A DNA stretch of 49,440 bases. It comes from Ruminococcaceae bacterium UBA6392. Lineage in GTDB: Bacteria; Bacillota; Clostridia; Oscillospirales; Acutalibacteraceae. The stretch covers positions 2,398-51,837 of the forward strand of contig DJQG01000013.1 in assembly GCA_002438685.1 (NCBI GenBank), written 5' to 3'. Numbering within the stretch: position 1 is the first letter of the stretch; every line of letters begins with the position of its first letter. Made by a program: the position numbers and the translations under genes. Below are positions 16,312-29,036 of this stretch, one piece after another. Below the pieces are notes generated by a model, which saw only the letters and a list, made by a program, of their open reading frames with translations, made no database searches and had not been told where the DNA came from.

Positions 16312-19300
16312 TTAAACTGTTCCGACTTTAACGGTCGAATTCATGAAAAATGAGTACAAAAGCGTCTCTTTGACGGGCATACCGAGTGCCTGCGAGAGCG
16401 CCTCGCGGTATATCTCAAGCTGAGCCGAATATCGGTCGAGCAGAGCCTCGGCATCAACGCCCGTGTCGGTTTTATAATCGACAATGACGAGCTCCCCGTC
16501 CTCGACGAACACGCAGTCCGCAATGCCCTGAACGACAATTTTTTCTTCAGCCGCTTCTCCAGTTAGCTCCGGATAGAAAAACTTTGCCGGGAAGAGTGCC
16601 GCGAACTTTTTCTCGCGCATGACATTTTCGGAAGCGAAGATTCGCCCGGCAAGCGAAGACATAAAGAACCGCTTCGCCGCGCCGATATTAACAGCCTTGC
16701 CCTCCTCTTCCGAGAGGAAGCCGCCGTCAACGAGCCGCACGAGCTCGGATTCAATGTCGGCGCGCGCCGCAGCATAATTTGAAAACTGCATAAATTTGTG
16801 CGTCGCCGTGCCGCGCTGAGCCGGGGTCAGTCCGCCCGAGCTCATGAACGCCGGGCGTGACGAGGCGAAATATTCGCGGTTTATGCCGCGCTCAGAGCCG
16901 TCCGATGCGGCGCGCTTCGCGGGCACGGACGAGAGCACCGAGCGCGGGTCGGAATAATCGAGCCGTGTTCGAACTTCGTCGAAAAATACAGGCTTTGCGG
17001 CTGTTTTCTGCTCATTTGCGGATTCTGTCATGAAACTTTCCGAATCGCTGACGACAACTTTCAGCTTGAATCTGTCTTTTTCGGACAGGAATATCGGGAC
17101 ATCGATGCCGGATAACTTTCGCAGCTCATCTGCGGCGGGATGACGCATGAGCGCCATGAGCACAAGATCCGAGAAGTTGTTCATTCTGAGCACGGCAAAC
17201 GGGTTCGCCCGCTCCCCTATTCCGCATTCGACGGCAACCTTCGCGAGTCCCTTTTCGGGGTTCGGGACGGATGTGACCATAACGAGATTTTCTTTTGCTC
17301 TCGTCAGCGCAACGTAGAGCACTCGCACCTCCTCGCTGCGCCCCATGCGTTCGGAAGTAATGACTGCGGCGCGACGCGAAGCGGTATCATAAACGCTGAT
17401 TCCGTCCTCCGTGCGTCTCTTCATGCCGAGCCCCGCAGACGGGCTTATGAGCACTGCTTCGGTGTTGTCCCGCTCGTTGAAAGCGTGCTGCATATCGGCG
17501 AGAATACATATTGGGAATTCGAGTCCCTTGCTCTGATGGACGGTCATTATGCGGACGATATCCGCATTTTCCGACGGGCGCGCGGCGGTTGCCAGATCTC
17601 CGCTCGTGCGCGCGACTTTGTCTATAAATCTTATAAACCCGCTGAGTCCGAGATTACCCGCCGCCTCGTATTTTTCGGCGTAATCGCACAGCAGACCGAC
17701 ATTGAGCCTGCGGCGCTCGCCGTCCGGCATCGCGCCGACAAGGGCGTCAAAGCCCGTCTCCTCGCACACTCTGCGGACGAGCTCGCCCGCGCTCAGGGTC
17801 AGAGACAGTCTGCGCAGGGATTCGATTTTTTTGAGGAATGCCGCCGCTTTTTCATCGCCATCGTCAGCCGATGCGGCGACGCTGCGATAGAGCGGTTCGG
17901 TCTCGCCCGCACCCAGGCGTTCTTTCGCCGAAGCGCGTATATCCGCAAGCTCGCCCGCGCTGAAGCCAAACAGCGGAGAGAGCATAACTGCCGCAAGCGG
18001 TATATCCTGCACGGGATTGTCGAGCACACGCAGGAGCGAGAGTATAAAGCTTATCTCGGCGGCCTCAAAGAATCCGCCGGTCTCCGGGGAGAAAACCGGT
18101 ATGCCGCGCTCGGAAAGCGCATTTGCATAGACCGAGGAAACATTTTTTGCCGTGCGCAAAAGAATGCAGAAATCGCCGTAGGACGCGGGATGCAGAGCGC
18201 CGCCCTTTGTGACGAGCGTTTTGCCCGCTCTTACCGTGTGTTCAATATATCTCGCAACATAGCGAGCCTGCGCTTCGAGCGTATCGGCTCTGTTGCCCTT
18301 ATCCGTCACGACATGCAGCTCGCAGTCGGGGGTGTCGCGCTCGGGATATTTCGCGGCGGCATTTAGCGCCTCGGAGTCATCATATTCGAGCTCGCCCGCC
18401 TCCGTGCTCATCAGCTGGCGGAAGATATAGTTGACGCACGAGGTAACTCCCGCACGGCTTCGGAAATTCGAGCCGAGGGTTATGCCCATTGGGTATTTCC
18501 CGCTCTCGAAGCTGTGTGTTGTGCTGCGGCGGCGCAGGAATATCTCCGGCATCGCCTGACGGAATCTGTATATGCTCTGCTTGACATCGCCGACGGTGAA
18601 CAGATTATTCTCGTCGGCGGATATCGCCCTGAATATCATATCCTGCGCTTCGTTTATATCCTGGTACTCGTCGACGAGTATCTCGACATAATGCGAGGAC
18701 AGCTCGCGTGCAAGGTTGGTTTTTATATATCCGCCGCTGCCGTCGGAAACCGCAAGCAAATTGAGCGCGCGGTGCAGGATATCCGAGAAATCGGCGGAAT
18801 TCATTTTATCTTTTTCGGCGGAATACTCCCTGCCGAACTGTTTGACGAGTTCGATAAGCTTTGTCACGGGACCGCACAGCAGGCGCACATCCTCAGCATG
18901 TTCTCCGGACGAGACGCACATAATATTGGGCACTTTTTTCAACAGATCCTTGAGCTTTTTGCGGGCGGTCATGACCGCGTTTTTCGTCTCGCTCTCATAG
19001 CCCTTCGGCACGCGCCCGAGACTCATATACTTAACTGTTTTAAAAGCTTCGAGAGCTTCGTCCCAGTCTCTGTTGACTTTTTCGCGAAGCTCGGCGTACA
19101 TATTTATGTCGCTGCGCACCGCCGCGCCGTAGGCGTCCGCGACAATAGGATCTGACTCCATGGCGGTCATCATATCATTGCTTGATGACACGCAGTAGTC
19201 GAGCATATCGCAGACATATTTTTTTATTATACCGCCCCAGCAGCTCTTGTTGATATCGGGCTGGGAATACTCCTCGATAAGCGAATCGAGCCACAAATCG

Positions 19301-19866
19301 GGGAACGGATAAGCGGTCGAGATATCATACATTTTGATTATCAGCTTTGCGAAATCCTCGTCGCTGCTGCCGGAGGACATCATGTCGCTGAGCCCCGAAA
19401 AACTGCCGTCCGAATCCTCTTCGTATGCCCGCTCGAGCATTGCATCGCAGACATCGTTTTTCATTATAACTGCCGTCTCGTTGTCGAGCAGCGAATAGTC
19501 CGGAGATATGCCGAGCGCGTGGAAATTCTCGCGCACAAGGTCGTTGCAGAAGCTGTCGATAGTGCATATCTTCGCAAACGGCAGGAGCATATACTGGCGG
19601 CGAAGATGCCTGTCCGTCGGGTTCTCCGAAAGGCGTTTGAGTATCGCCGCGCCTATCTTCTCGCGCATCTGCGCGGTGGCGGCGCGGGTGAAGGTGACTA
19701 TCAGCAGATCCTCTGCCGAGCAGGGGTTATCTTTGTCGGTCAGACGGCGGATAACGCGCTCGACGAGCACCGCCGTCTTGCCGGAACCCGCCGCAGCACT
19801 GACAAGCACAGAGCCTTTACAGCACTTTATCGCGTGCTGCTGATCAATCGTCCAGTCGACTCCCAT
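16312..19866 (-). CDS. addA: ATP-dependent helicase/nuclease subunit A
   Basis: [47 protein letters not shown], and the C-terminal RecB-type nuclease GIAD...VDYKT. Confidence 0.96.
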   Translation of the reverse strand: MGVDWTIDQQHAIKCCKGSVLVSAAAGSGKTAVLVERVIRRLTDKDNPCSAEDLLIVTFTRAATAQMREKIGAAILKRLSENPTDRHLRRQYMLLPFAKICTIDSFCNDLVRENFHALGISPDYSLLDNETAVIMKNDVCDAMLERAYEEDSDGSFSGLSDMMSSGSSDEDFAKLIIKMYDISTAYPFPDLWLDSLIEEYSQPDINKSCWGGIIKKYVCDMLDYCVSSSNDMMTAMESDPIVADAYGAAVRSDINMYAELREKVNRDWDEALEAFKTVKYMSLGRVPKGYESETKNAVMTARKKLKDLLKKVPNIMCVSSGEHAEDVRLLCGPVTKLIELVKQFGREYSAEKDKMNSADFSDILHRALNLLAVSDGSGGYIKTNLARELSSHYVEILVDEYQDINEAQDMIFRAISADENNLFTVGDVKQSIYRFRQAMPEIFLRRRSTTHSFESGKYPMGITLGSNFRSRAGVTSCVNYIFRQLMSTEAGELEYDDSEALNAAAKYPERDTPDCELHVVTDKGNRADTLEAQARYVARYIEHTVRAGKTLVTKGGALHPASYGDFCILLRTAKNVSSVYANALSERGIPVFSPETGGFFEAAEISFILSLLRVLDNPVQDIPLAAVMLSPLFGFSAGELADIRASAKERLGAGETEPLYRSVAASADDGDEKAAAFLKKIESLRRLSLTLSAGELVRRVCEETGFDALVGAMPDGERRRLNVGLLCDYAEKYEAAGNLGLSGFIRFIDKVARTSGDLATAARPSENADIVRIMTVHQSKGLEFPICILADMQHAFNERDNTEAVLISPSAGLGMKRRTEDGISVYDTASRRAAVITSERMGRSEEVRVLYVALTRAKENLVMVTSVPNPEKGLAKVAVECGIGERANPFAVLRMNNFSDLVLMALMRHPAADELRKLSGIDVPIFLSEKDRFKLKVVVSDSESFMTESANEQKTAAKPVFFDEVRTRLDYSDPRSVLSSVPAKRAASDGSERGINREYFASSRPAFMSSGGLTPAQRGTATHKFMQFSNYAAARADIESELVRLVDGGFLSEEEGKAVNIGAAKRFFMSSLAGRIFASENVMREKKFAALFPAKFFYPELTGEAAEEKIVVQGIADCVFVEDGELVIVDYKTDTGVDAEALLDRYSAQLEIYREALSQALGMPVKETLLYSFFMNSTVKVGTV

Positions 19867-22800
19867 TCTTCATCCCCCTCTCCGAGTTTCAGATTGTCAT
19901 TTAATTCTCTTACAGGCATATTATTTTCATGCGTGCAGATGTTCCAGTATTCGCATTTCGAGCAGATTTCCTTGTAATTTTTGCCCTGCGCCGGGAGTGC
20001 GGGAATTGAGCCGCGATGCAGCTCTTCGCCCATGTTTACAAGGTTTTCGTCAACCTTGTCCCAAAGTTCAGAGAGCTTTTCGAGATCGAGAGTAGTACCC
20101 TTTATATTGCCGTCCTTATCGATCTTTGCCGGGATATACGCCCCTCCTCCGTCATGCTCCATGGCAACTATAACGCCCGCATTTTCGAGCACGAAGCCCT
20201 GCATCTTTTTGTCGTTCGGATTGCCCTGTTTGCCGAGGTCTTTGCCCCTCTCGGCTGTAAAGGCAGATGCCTTTGCAGGCATATAGAGCACTCCTGCGGG
20301 GATCGCATCGCCGTAGCGAGTCTTTCCGTTGCTCACGAGCGTGAAAAGATAGATGAGCATCTGCATATTGAGTCCGTTTAACACATCGGAAAAGGCAAAA
20401 GTCTTCCCCGACGACTTATAATCTATGACTCTGATATACGGCTCCCCGTCTATCTCGGCGAGATCGACTCTGTCCACCTTGCCGGAAATATTGATATGCC
20501 CGCCGGATGGTATTTTCAGATCATACGGCTTTATCGTGCCATTATGCGATATATCAAGTTCGAGATCGACCGGGCGGAACTCGCAGTTTTTGAACTCGTC
20601 CGCGAGCCGCGCCGCCACCGCATCTATGCTGCGCGCGAGGCGTTCATAGAGATAGAGAAACCGTTTGGACCTCTGCGAGCGGTCGAGGAAGCGTTCGAGA
20701 TAAGAGTCCAAATATCCGCATATTTTTTCATAGCGTTCATCGGGCTCGAGTTCGGAAAGCTCCTGCGCGCTGAATTCGCTGAGCAGCTGTTCGAGCACGA
20801 AATGTATGACCGTGCCCTTCTGAAGCGGGTCGAAGGTCGCGCTCTTGTTCTCCTGAAGCTTCAGGCCGTAGCGGCAATAGTAAGAAAACGGGCAGCGGTA
20901 ATATGTCTCCGCCCGCGAGGGCGAGATATTCATGTTCATGCCGAAAAGACGCGTCGCGCTCTCGCGGCTGTCTATCTTGAATGTTCTCCCCTCCGCCGCG
21001 CTGTCGAGCGACGCGAGTCTGCCGGAATAATCGGCATCTTTTTCAAAATATTTTCTCAGCGATTCATAGAGCTCGCCGCCGTTTCGCATCAGCGCTGCCG
21101 TCAGCTCAAACGCGGGCTTCTTGCCCTCGACAAGGTCGATTTTGTCCGCCGTGAGCGTATCGGTCTGATGCACCTGCGGGAAGTGCTCGCGGATGAAAGT
21201 GATTATCTCCGACTCGCTGAGTTCTTCTCCCTGCGTGCTCTTTGAAGAATAACTGACTATCAGCTTCTCTTTTGCGCAGCAGCACGCGGTATAGGCGATA
21301 AACCGTTCTTCGGCGACTCTGTCCTCGCCGTATATCGCGGTCTCTATGCCCGCCTGTGCGAGGCGTTCGCGCTCATTTGCGTTGAGCATACCGCCCTGAA
21401 CGGGATTGAGCGGCAGTTTTCCCGCGTTTGCGCCGAGAACGAACACCGCCTTTGGCGCGATGGGTCTTATTCTCTGCGCCGAGCCTATCGTCACCTCTTC
21501 GAGGGAATGGGGTATCTCGCCGAGGGTGACGGTGGAGAGCATGAGATCGAAAAGTCTGGAAAAGCGCGAGGCTTTTACCGGGGTCTTGCCGAGCGTCTGC
21601 GCCGCGACATCGAGCAGAGAGCAGAGGGTATCCCAGAGCCGCTCCGTCTCGAGAGCGAGCACATTTTCGCCAGAATCTTCGAGATAAATTGCGAGGTCTT
21701 TTAGCCTCTGCGCCGTGTCTAGCTCGCACAGCAGCTCGAATACTGCCTTTGCGCAGCCCTCGCCGTCGTTAACTTTGAGCTTGCTTCTGAACTTTGCAAA
21801 CGGTTCGACTGCCTTCTCGCGCAGGGCATTCAGCCTTTCAAGCTCCGCCGCCGCATTTTCGGTCATCTCGCCGAACCCGTCGGGGCTCGACTCCCATTTT
21901 TTCAGCCAGCCTGAGCCGTTTATCTGCCAGAGATAAGTATAGTTTTCAATGTCCGATATCTCGTCCGCTGCAAGCGGGCAGAGACCGGTTTTTAAAGCGC
22001 GCAGGACGCTGTCGGTATCAAAGCCCGTGTCGGCTATTTTCAGCACGGCGCGAACGAGCGTCATCAGCGGCTGATTTATAACAGGCTGGCGTCTGTCCTC
22101 GAACACGGGCACGCCGCATTTTGCGAGCGCGGTCAGCATCGGGCGGATATATGAAGCTTCGTCGCGCACGATAACCGCGATATCGCGGCTTCGGTATTCG
22201 CCGGTTCTGAGCATTCGTTTTATATGCGCCGCGGCATAGGCGCACTCGCTGCGGATGTCGGGCGATGCGACTATAGATATACTGCCGCACGCGCCGGGGA
22301 ACACATCCGCCTCGGGGCTCAGAAAGTCGCTTGCAAACGCATCGAGTGCGGAATCGCCGTTCGGGTCATTGATTACAACAGGCTTTGCGCACGGCACGCC
22401 GACGCTGTTCGCGAGCTTAATGAGTTTTTTTGCAGTATTTTTTGTATGATAGAATATATCGTCGCTGTCCCGCTCGATAAGATCGGGCGCGGTCAGCGCG
22501 GCATACACATCGTCTGCCTGGGTGAGTATCTTGCCGATAACTCCGAACTCCTGCGCAGTGAAGCCGCGGAAGGAATCGAAGAACACCGTTTTATTTTTGA
22601 AATATCCACTTTCGAAAATTTTGTCTTTGAGACGGGTCAGCATTCGGCTGTCGTCAAGCCAGCCGTCTAAAACAAAAGAATCATAGACCGAGAAAACGAG
22701 CGAAATATCGGCAAGCTTGTTTTTCAGCAGTCCGTCCTCCATATTGTTCATGGCGGCGGTCATATCCTCGGGGGATATCGCGCACTGACAGAATTCCTCG

Positions 22801-23168
22801 TTGAGACTCAGCAGCTCGCGCACGACCGCGGGGCTGTCCGCGCTGCGAGAATAGACATTCAGTTTATCGGCGCACTGTTCGAGGGCGCGGCTCATCAGAA
22901 GTATTTTTCCCGCTTCATTGAGGCGTTTGCCCTTGTCCCAGCCGACAGCGTTAAACACGGTATTCGCAAGACGTGTGAAGCTCAGCACTTCGACGCGCTG
23001 GGCGTCAGCCGTTCCGAGGCGTTCGAGCACTATGCGCTCGGCGGCAAAGGAATACTGTTCGGGCACTATCAGCACAGCCTCGCCGCCCGAAGAAGCAAGC
23101 GAAGCCGCCGTATCATATAGATACCCTGCCGTGCCGCCCACCGAGGGCGAAAGTATCAGTCGCAGCAT
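19827..23168 (-). CDS. addB: ATP-dependent helicase/deoxyribonuclease subunit B
   Basis: LIVPEQYSF; nuclease GKVDRVD...IDYKS; Fe-S cysteines CPFSYY and CSKCEYWNIC; overlaps addA by 40 nt. Confidence 0.93.
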   Translation of the reverse strand: MLRLILSPSVGGTAGYLYDTAASLASSGGEAVLIVPEQYSFAAERIVLERLGTADAQRVEVLSFTRLANTVFNAVGWDKGKRLNEAGKILLMSRALEQCADKLNVYSRSADSPAVVRELLSLNEEFCQCAISPEDMTAAMNNMEDGLLKNKLADISLVFSVYDSFVLDGWLDDSRMLTRLKDKIFESGYFKNKTVFFDSFRGFTAQEFGVIGKILTQADDVYAALTAPDLIERDSDDIFYHTKNTAKKLIKLANSVGVPCAKPVVINDPNGDSALDAFASDFLSPEADVFPGACGSISIVASPDIRSECAYAAAHIKRMLRTGEYRSRDIAVIVRDEASYIRPMLTALAKCGVPVFEDRRQPVINQPLMTLVRAVLKIADTGFDTDSVLRALKTGLCPLAADEISDIENYTYLWQINGSGWLKKWESSPDGFGEMTENAAAELERLNALREKAVEPFAKFRSKLKVNDGEGCAKAVFELLCELDTAQRLKDLAIYLEDSGENVLALETERLWDTLCSLLDVAAQTLGKTPVKASRFSRLFDLMLSTVTLGEIPHSLEEVTIGSAQRIRPIAPKAVFVLGANAGKLPLNPVQGGMLNANERERLAQAGIETAIYGEDRVAEERFIAYTACCCAKEKLIVSYSSKSTQGEELSESEIITFIREHFPQVHQTDTLTADKIDLVEGKKPAFELTAALMRNGGELYESLRKYFEKDADYSGRLASLDSAAEGRTFKIDSRESATRLFGMNMNISPSRAETYYRCPFSYYCRYGLKLQENKSATFDPLQKGTVIHFVLEQLLSEFSAQELSELEPDERYEKICGYLDSYLERFLDRSQRSKRFLYLYERLARSIDAVAARLADEFKNCEFRPVDLELDISHNGTIKPYDLKIPSGGHINISGKVDRVDLAEIDGEPYIRVIDYKSSGKTFAFSDVLNGLNMQMLIYLFTLVSNGKTRYGDAIPAGVLYMPAKASAFTAERGKDLGKQGNPNDKKMQGFVLENAGVIVAMEHDGGGAYIPAKIDKDGNIKGTTLDLEKLSELWDKVDENLVNMGEELHRGSIPALPAQGKNYKEICSKCEYWNICTHENNMPVRELNDNLKLGEGDEEWESTGRLISSTR

Positions 23169-23251
23169 TTCAGACCTCCGTCAGAAAGATTTCACACAAA
23201 GATTATATCACATCCGCGGAAATTTGCCATACCATATTTGGGACATTGATA

Positions 23252-23280
23252 TTGTATATCCAAAAACTCTCTGATATAAT
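23252..23280 (+). promoter_or_regulatory. sigmaA-type promoter (divergent from addB)
   Basis: TTGTAT-17 nt-TATAAT with TG. An extended -10 TGTGA-TATAAT for addB lies on the minus strand at 23212-23202. Confidence 0.6.
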
Positions 23281-23312
23281 AACATCAAAAGACTTATAAG
23301 GCGGTGCGCAGG

Positions 23313-24176
23313 ATGAGAATATCAACACAGACAGACATTATTTTTCCGGCTTTCGGCATTGATGAGGGCGTGAAAATATTCAAAGAAGCGGGCTTTGACG
23401 CGCTCGACTTTTCGATGTTCTATATGAACCGCTCGCTTGAGAGTGCGCTCGGCAATATGGGCGAGGATGAGCTTGTCGGCAAGCTTTTGGAGTCGAGCGA
23501 AAAATATTCGCTCCCATTCAATCAGGCTCACGCGCCGTTTCCGAGCTACCGTTTCGGCGACGAGGAATATAACAAATTTGTCTACGAAAAATTGAAGCTC
23601 TCTATCCGCATCGCGGGCAAGATAGGCGCGAGCCAGATAATAGTCCACCCTACCGCCTGCCCGGACGGCGTGGATCAAAAGCAGTTCAACATCGATTTTT
23701 ACAATTCGCTCAAGCCCCTGTGCGAGGAGTTCGGCACGAAGATAGCACTTGAGAATATGTTCGGGCATGACGCCCGCCGCCATGTTATGCTCGCAAATGT
23801 TTGCAGCTACGGCGAGGATCTTGCCGAATATTATGACGCGCTCGACCCGAGATATTTCACTGTCTGCCTCGACCTCGGTCACAGCGGACTTGTCGGCGAC
23901 GACGCGGCGCACGCGATAAGAGCGCTCGGTCACAGAAGGCTCACGGCGCTGCACGTCCACGACAACAACTATATGGAGGATCTGCACATGCCGCCCTTCA
24001 CCTGCAAGCTCGACTGGAAGGCTATCGCGCAGGCGCTCCACGACATAAACTACACGGGCGATGTCACCCTCGAGGACGACGGATTCATCGCAAAACTGCC
24101 GAAACGAGCCCTCATGAACGGCACACGCCTCGCCGCAGACCTCGCGTCCGAGCTGCGCGACATGATAGCTCTGTAA
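23313..24176 (+). CDS. Sugar phosphate isomerase/epimerase (xylose isomerase-like TIM barrel)
   Basis: Metal motifs IALENM, CLDLGH, LHVHDN, VTLE. Alternative GTG start at 23304. Confidence 0.88.
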   Translation: MRISTQTDIIFPAFGIDEGVKIFKEAGFDALDFSMFYMNRSLESALGNMGEDELVGKLLESSEKYSLPFNQAHAPFPSYRFGDEEYNKFVYEKLKLSIRIAGKIGASQIIVHPTACPDGVDQKQFNIDFYNSLKPLCEEFGTKIALENMFGHDARRHVMLANVCSYGEDLAEYYDALDPRYFTVCLDLGHSGLVGDDAAHAIRALGHRRLTALHVHDNNYMEDLHMPPFTCKLDWKAIAQALHDINYTGDVTLEDDGFIAKLPKRALMNGTRLAADLASELRDMIAL

Positions 24177-24188
24177 TAATCATATTTT

Positions 24189-24218
24189 AAAGCCGCATTC
24201 ACCCAGATGCGGCTTTTT
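24189..24218 (+). terminator. Intrinsic terminator
   Basis: AAAGCCGCAT-8 nt-ATGCGGCTTT-TT. Confidence 0.75.
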
Positions 24219-24219
24219 C

Positions 24220-24248
24220 TTGCAATAACAAATAGAGTATGATATAGT
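24220..24248 (+). promoter_or_regulatory. sigmaA-type promoter
   Basis: TTGCAA-17 nt-TATAGT with TATG extension. Confidence 0.6.
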
Positions 24249-24293
24249 TATATTTAATATACATATGCGTAAAACGCAACTGGAGGAATCATT

Positions 24294-25571
24294 TTGACTA
24301 CCGGAAGTTGGGTGCAGATAGTATGCCTTGTTCTGCTCATACTGTTCTCGGCATTTTTCTCGGCATCCGAAACCGCTTTCACTTCCCTCAACAAGATAAG
24401 ACTCAAGACCATGGCTGACGACGGAAACAAAAAAGCCGCCAAGGCATACAAGATGGCGGAGAACTACGACAAGCTGCTCTCTACCGTCCTTGTCGGAAAC
24501 AATATTGTCAACATCACGGCGTCGTCCGTGGCGACGGTGCTTTTCATCAAGCTCATAAATGAGAGCAAGGGTCCGACGGTCTCGACGATAATAATGACCG
24601 TGCTCCTGCTCATCTTCGGTGAGGTCACGCCGAAGACGCTCGCCAAAGAGATGCCCGAAAAATACGCGATGTTTGCGGCGCCGTTTCTGAGAGCGATCAC
24701 CGTCATATTGACCCCCGCCGTGGCGTTCTTCATGCTCTGGAAGAAGCTTCTGAGCAAGATTTTCAAATTCAAAAAGGACGACACGATAACCGGCGACGAG
24801 CTTTTGAACATCGTTGACGAGGCGGAGTCCGGCGGCGGACTCGACGAGGACGAGAGCGATCTTATCCGCTCGGCTATCTCATTTTACGAATGTCCCGTCG
24901 GCGATATTCTGACCCCGCGGGTCGACGTCATTGCCGTTTCAAAAGACGACAGCGTAGAAAAGATAGCCTCGGTGTTCAATGACTCCGGCTTCTCGCGCCT
25001 GCCGGTCTATTCGGACGACACGGACAATATAATCGGCTTCATTCACATCAGGGACTTCAACAAATATGTGCTCACGAAGAAGCAGCCGATATCTTCGATA
25101 ATCAAAAAGACCGTCTACATAGCAAAGCAGATGCAGATAAGCGAACTGCTCAAGCTCATGCAGCAGAAAAAGACGCACATGGCGGTTGTCGCGGACGAGT
25201 TCGGCGGCACGCTCGGCATAGTGACTATGGAGGACATTCTCGAAGAGCTTGTCGGCGAGATATGGGACGAGAACGACGAAGTTATTGAAGACTTTTCCCC
25301 CCAGCCCGACGGCACGGTAAAAGTGCTCGGCGGCGCACAGCTCGACAAGATGTTTGAATATTTCGACATGGAGGAGGACGAGGAGTCCGAATCCGTATCG
25401 GTCGGCGGCTGGGTGCTCGAACAGCTCGGCAAGATGGCTGAAGTCGGCGACACGTTTGAATACAAAAATCTTTCCGTCACCGTCACAGACGTTGAACAGC
25501 GCAGAGTTATAGAGATCTCCGTGAAGGTCGAAGAGCCGAAAGAAGAGAGCGAAGAGGACAAAGAGGACTAA
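24294..25571 (+). CDS. HlyC/CorC (CNNM-CBS-CorC) family Mg2+/Co2+ transport protein
   Basis: SAFFSASETA, GNNIVN, FGEVTPKTLA, SRLPVY, DEFGGTLGIVTMEDILEELVGEI; TTG start after GGAGG. Confidence 0.93.
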   Translation: MTTGSWVQIVCLVLLILFSAFFSASETAFTSLNKIRLKTMADDGNKKAAKAYKMAENYDKLLSTVLVGNNIVNITASSVATVLFIKLINESKGPTVSTIIMTVLLLIFGEVTPKTLAKEMPEKYAMFAAPFLRAITVILTPAVAFFMLWKKLLSKIFKFKKDDTITGDELLNIVDEAESGGGLDEDESDLIRSAISFYECPVGDILTPRVDVIAVSKDDSVEKIASVFNDSGFSRLPVYSDDTDNIIGFIHIRDFNKYVLTKKQPISSIIKKTVYIAKQMQISELLKLMQQKKTHMAVVADEFGGTLGIVTMEDILEELVGEIWDENDEVIEDFSPQPDGTVKVLGGAQLDKMFEYFDMEEDEESESVSVGGWVLEQLGKMAEVGDTFEYKNLSVTVTDVEQRRVIEISVKVEEPKEESEEDKED

Positions 25572-25585
25572 AATAAAAAAATATG

Positions 25586-25616
25586 AGAGAGCCGGATTTT
25601 TCCGACTCTCTTTTTT
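25586..25616. terminator. Probable bidirectional terminator
   Basis: AGAGAGCCGGA-TTTT-TCCGACTCTCT with a T run after and an A run before; lies between convergent genes. Confidence 0.7.
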
Positions 25617-25617
25617 G

Positions 25618-26559
25618 TTACATCGTACTCGCAAGACCGATAAGCAGCGGCATGGTCACTATCGAAATGAAGCTGACTATTGCGACCGTTTGGGACGCAA
25701 GACCGGTGTCTTTGTTGTACTTTGCCGCAAAGACGACAGTTATGTTTGCAGGCGGTGCGCTCGCCGCGATTATCATTGCTGTCAGCAGCACTCCCGTGAT
25801 GCCGCAGAGTCTGAAAACGCCGAGGCATATGAGCGGTATCACCGCGAGCTTTATCAGCGCGACGCAGAGTATCCGCCACTCTTTGAGCGCGGATTTTATC
25901 TTCGCGTTCGAGAGATATGTGCCGAAAATCAGCATCGCCACGGGCGTATTGAGTGCGGCGAGATAGTCTATCGGCGCTTCTATGACATTGGGCAGCCTTA
26001 TCTTCAGCAGATACAGCGGCAAGCCGATTATGAGCGATATAGTGCCCGGATTTATCAGTATGTTCTTGAAGTTGAACTTCGTCTTTTCGCCCGTCTCGGA
26101 GCGCGACATCAGCCAGATGCCGTGGGTGAAAGAGAACAGATGGAACATCATTATGACGACCGAGCCGTAGAACACGCCCTCGTCGCCGAGCACGGCATAG
26201 GCGAGCGGCAGAGCCATATACCCGCAGTTGCCGTAGACGCTCGAATATTTGAATATTGCGGCTTTACCTATCGGCGATTTGTTGAACACAACAGAGCTGA
26301 CAGCAACGCCGATAATATGTATCGCTGCGCCGCAGGCGGCGGCTATCGCAAGACGCGTCGCCGATTCGCGGCTGAACTCCATGGAGATGAACGACTGCAC
26401 TATCTTTGCGGGAGTGATGATATAAAACATCAGATCCGTGCACAGGCGCGCGGCTTTCTCCGTGAAGAGCTTCGTCCTGTCGGCGATAAAGCCAACAGCA
26501 ACGAGAATATACAGTATCGCCACCTGCTCGGCGGCGATGAGAAAATTATCTAAAAACAT
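25618..26559 (-). CDS. AEC (auxin efflux carrier/malate permease) family transporter
   Basis: About 10 TM helices; GNCGYMALPL, NPG, SAPPA motifs. Confidence 0.9.
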   Translation of the reverse strand: MFLDNFLIAAEQVAILYILVAVGFIADRTKLFTEKAARLCTDLMFYIITPAKIVQSFISMEFSRESATRLAIAAACGAAIHIIGVAVSSVVFNKSPIGKAAIFKYSSVYGNCGYMALPLAYAVLGDEGVFYGSVVIMMFHLFSFTHGIWLMSRSETGEKTKFNFKNILINPGTISLIIGLPLYLLKIRLPNVIEAPIDYLAALNTPVAMLIFGTYLSNAKIKSALKEWRILCVALIKLAVIPLICLGVFRLCGITGVLLTAMIIAASAPPANITVVFAAKYNKDTGLASQTVAIVSFISIVTMPLLIGLASTM

Positions 26560-27473
26560 CAGCTCTCTGTTTTCTCAGCCGTTTCGGCGGTCTCGGTGTT
26601 TTTCTCGCCGAATCTGACTCTGGTCAGGAGCAGCGCGCAGATGAACACCGCCGCGCCGAGGTCGCACCACTCTATGGGCGACTGATCGCAGAGCATATCG
26701 TCACTGCCGACGAGAGTCATTATAAATCTCGGCAGGAAACAAAGCAGAGAGAACATAATTGCGGGCAGTCCATAGCCGGCGAGCTTCCAGTCGAAGCCGT
26801 CGCCGCCGACTTTTGAGTTGAGCTGAGAGAACGCCATTAAAAATGCCATAAGGAACACGCACATAAACAGCTCATAGAGAAGATCGGAAACGTTGAGGAA
26901 ATTTATCGTGCGCATAAATCTGTGCATGAGCCTGAAGATGCACCAGAGCACCGGGAACAGTGCCATGAGCTTTGACTCCGAGGCGTTTGACTTGCCTTTT
27001 AAGTGACCGCAGCCGAAGAGGACAAAGAACACCGCCGCAACAACGGCGCAGAAGCCTTCGAGTCCCCTTGAGATAAGCCCCGTCTTGAGATACTGAACCG
27101 ACTCGGTGCCGTACATGAGCGCAGTGTCGGTAGCAGTCGCGAACACTGTCTTATACTGCGATATAGCATCGATCATCAGCGTTAGAGCGAACATGAACGC
27201 GGCTATCGCGAGCCCTGTTGAGCCGAATTTTTCTGTAGAATAAGATATCTTCTTTCTGCTCGCTATTGCAATTGCAAGAAACGCAGCGGCGGACACGGCA
27301 AGCAGGATATACGACAGCCAGATGCTCCAGTCGCTGCCGCTGTAGAAGCCCGTCTTGGGTTCAAGCACTCCGGACGCATACTGATAACAGCGCACCGGAA
27401 TCAGCACCAAAAGAACTGCGGCAAGGGCTATCATCATAATTTTAAGCATTGAAACTTTTTTATCTTTCGGCAT
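26559..27473 (-). CDS. Hypothetical polytopic membrane protein (~8 TM)
   Basis: Alternating hydrophobic segments; its stop overlaps the AEC start (TGATG). Confidence 0.8.
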   Translation of the reverse strand: MPKDKKVSMLKIMMIALAAVLLVLIPVRCYQYASGVLEPKTGFYSGSDWSIWLSYILLAVSAAAFLAIAIASRKKISYSTEKFGSTGLAIAAFMFALTLMIDAISQYKTVFATATDTALMYGTESVQYLKTGLISRGLEGFCAVVAAVFFVLFGCGHLKGKSNASESKLMALFPVLWCIFRLMHRFMRTINFLNVSDLLYELFMCVFLMAFLMAFSQLNSKVGGDGFDWKLAGYGLPAIMFSLLCFLPRFIMTLVGSDDMLCDQSPIEWCDLGAAVFICALLLTRVRFGEKNTETAETAEKTES

Positions 27474-27504
27474 TGTATCAAGTCCTAAAAATTATTTTTG
27501 TCTG

Positions 27505-28920
<1,416 letters not shown>

Positions 28921-28978
28921 GCGTTCGACTCCTTTCTCGCTCCGTATATAAATTTATATAATAATGTATTAGAGTACA

Positions 28979-29008
28979 ATTTTACACCAAAACGGCAGCA
29001 AAAGTCAA
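28979..29008 (-). promoter_or_regulatory. sigmaA-type promoter of gltA
   Basis: TTGACT-18 nt-TAAAAT. Confidence 0.5.
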
Positions 29009-29036
29009 GTTTGCCGAGGTTCGGGAGGTAAAAAAC

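Noticed and set aside
19827..19866. 40-nt addB/addA overlap as a possible frameshift
   Set aside because: Both proteins have complete terminal motifs and addA has its own RBS; short overlaps are usual for addBA.
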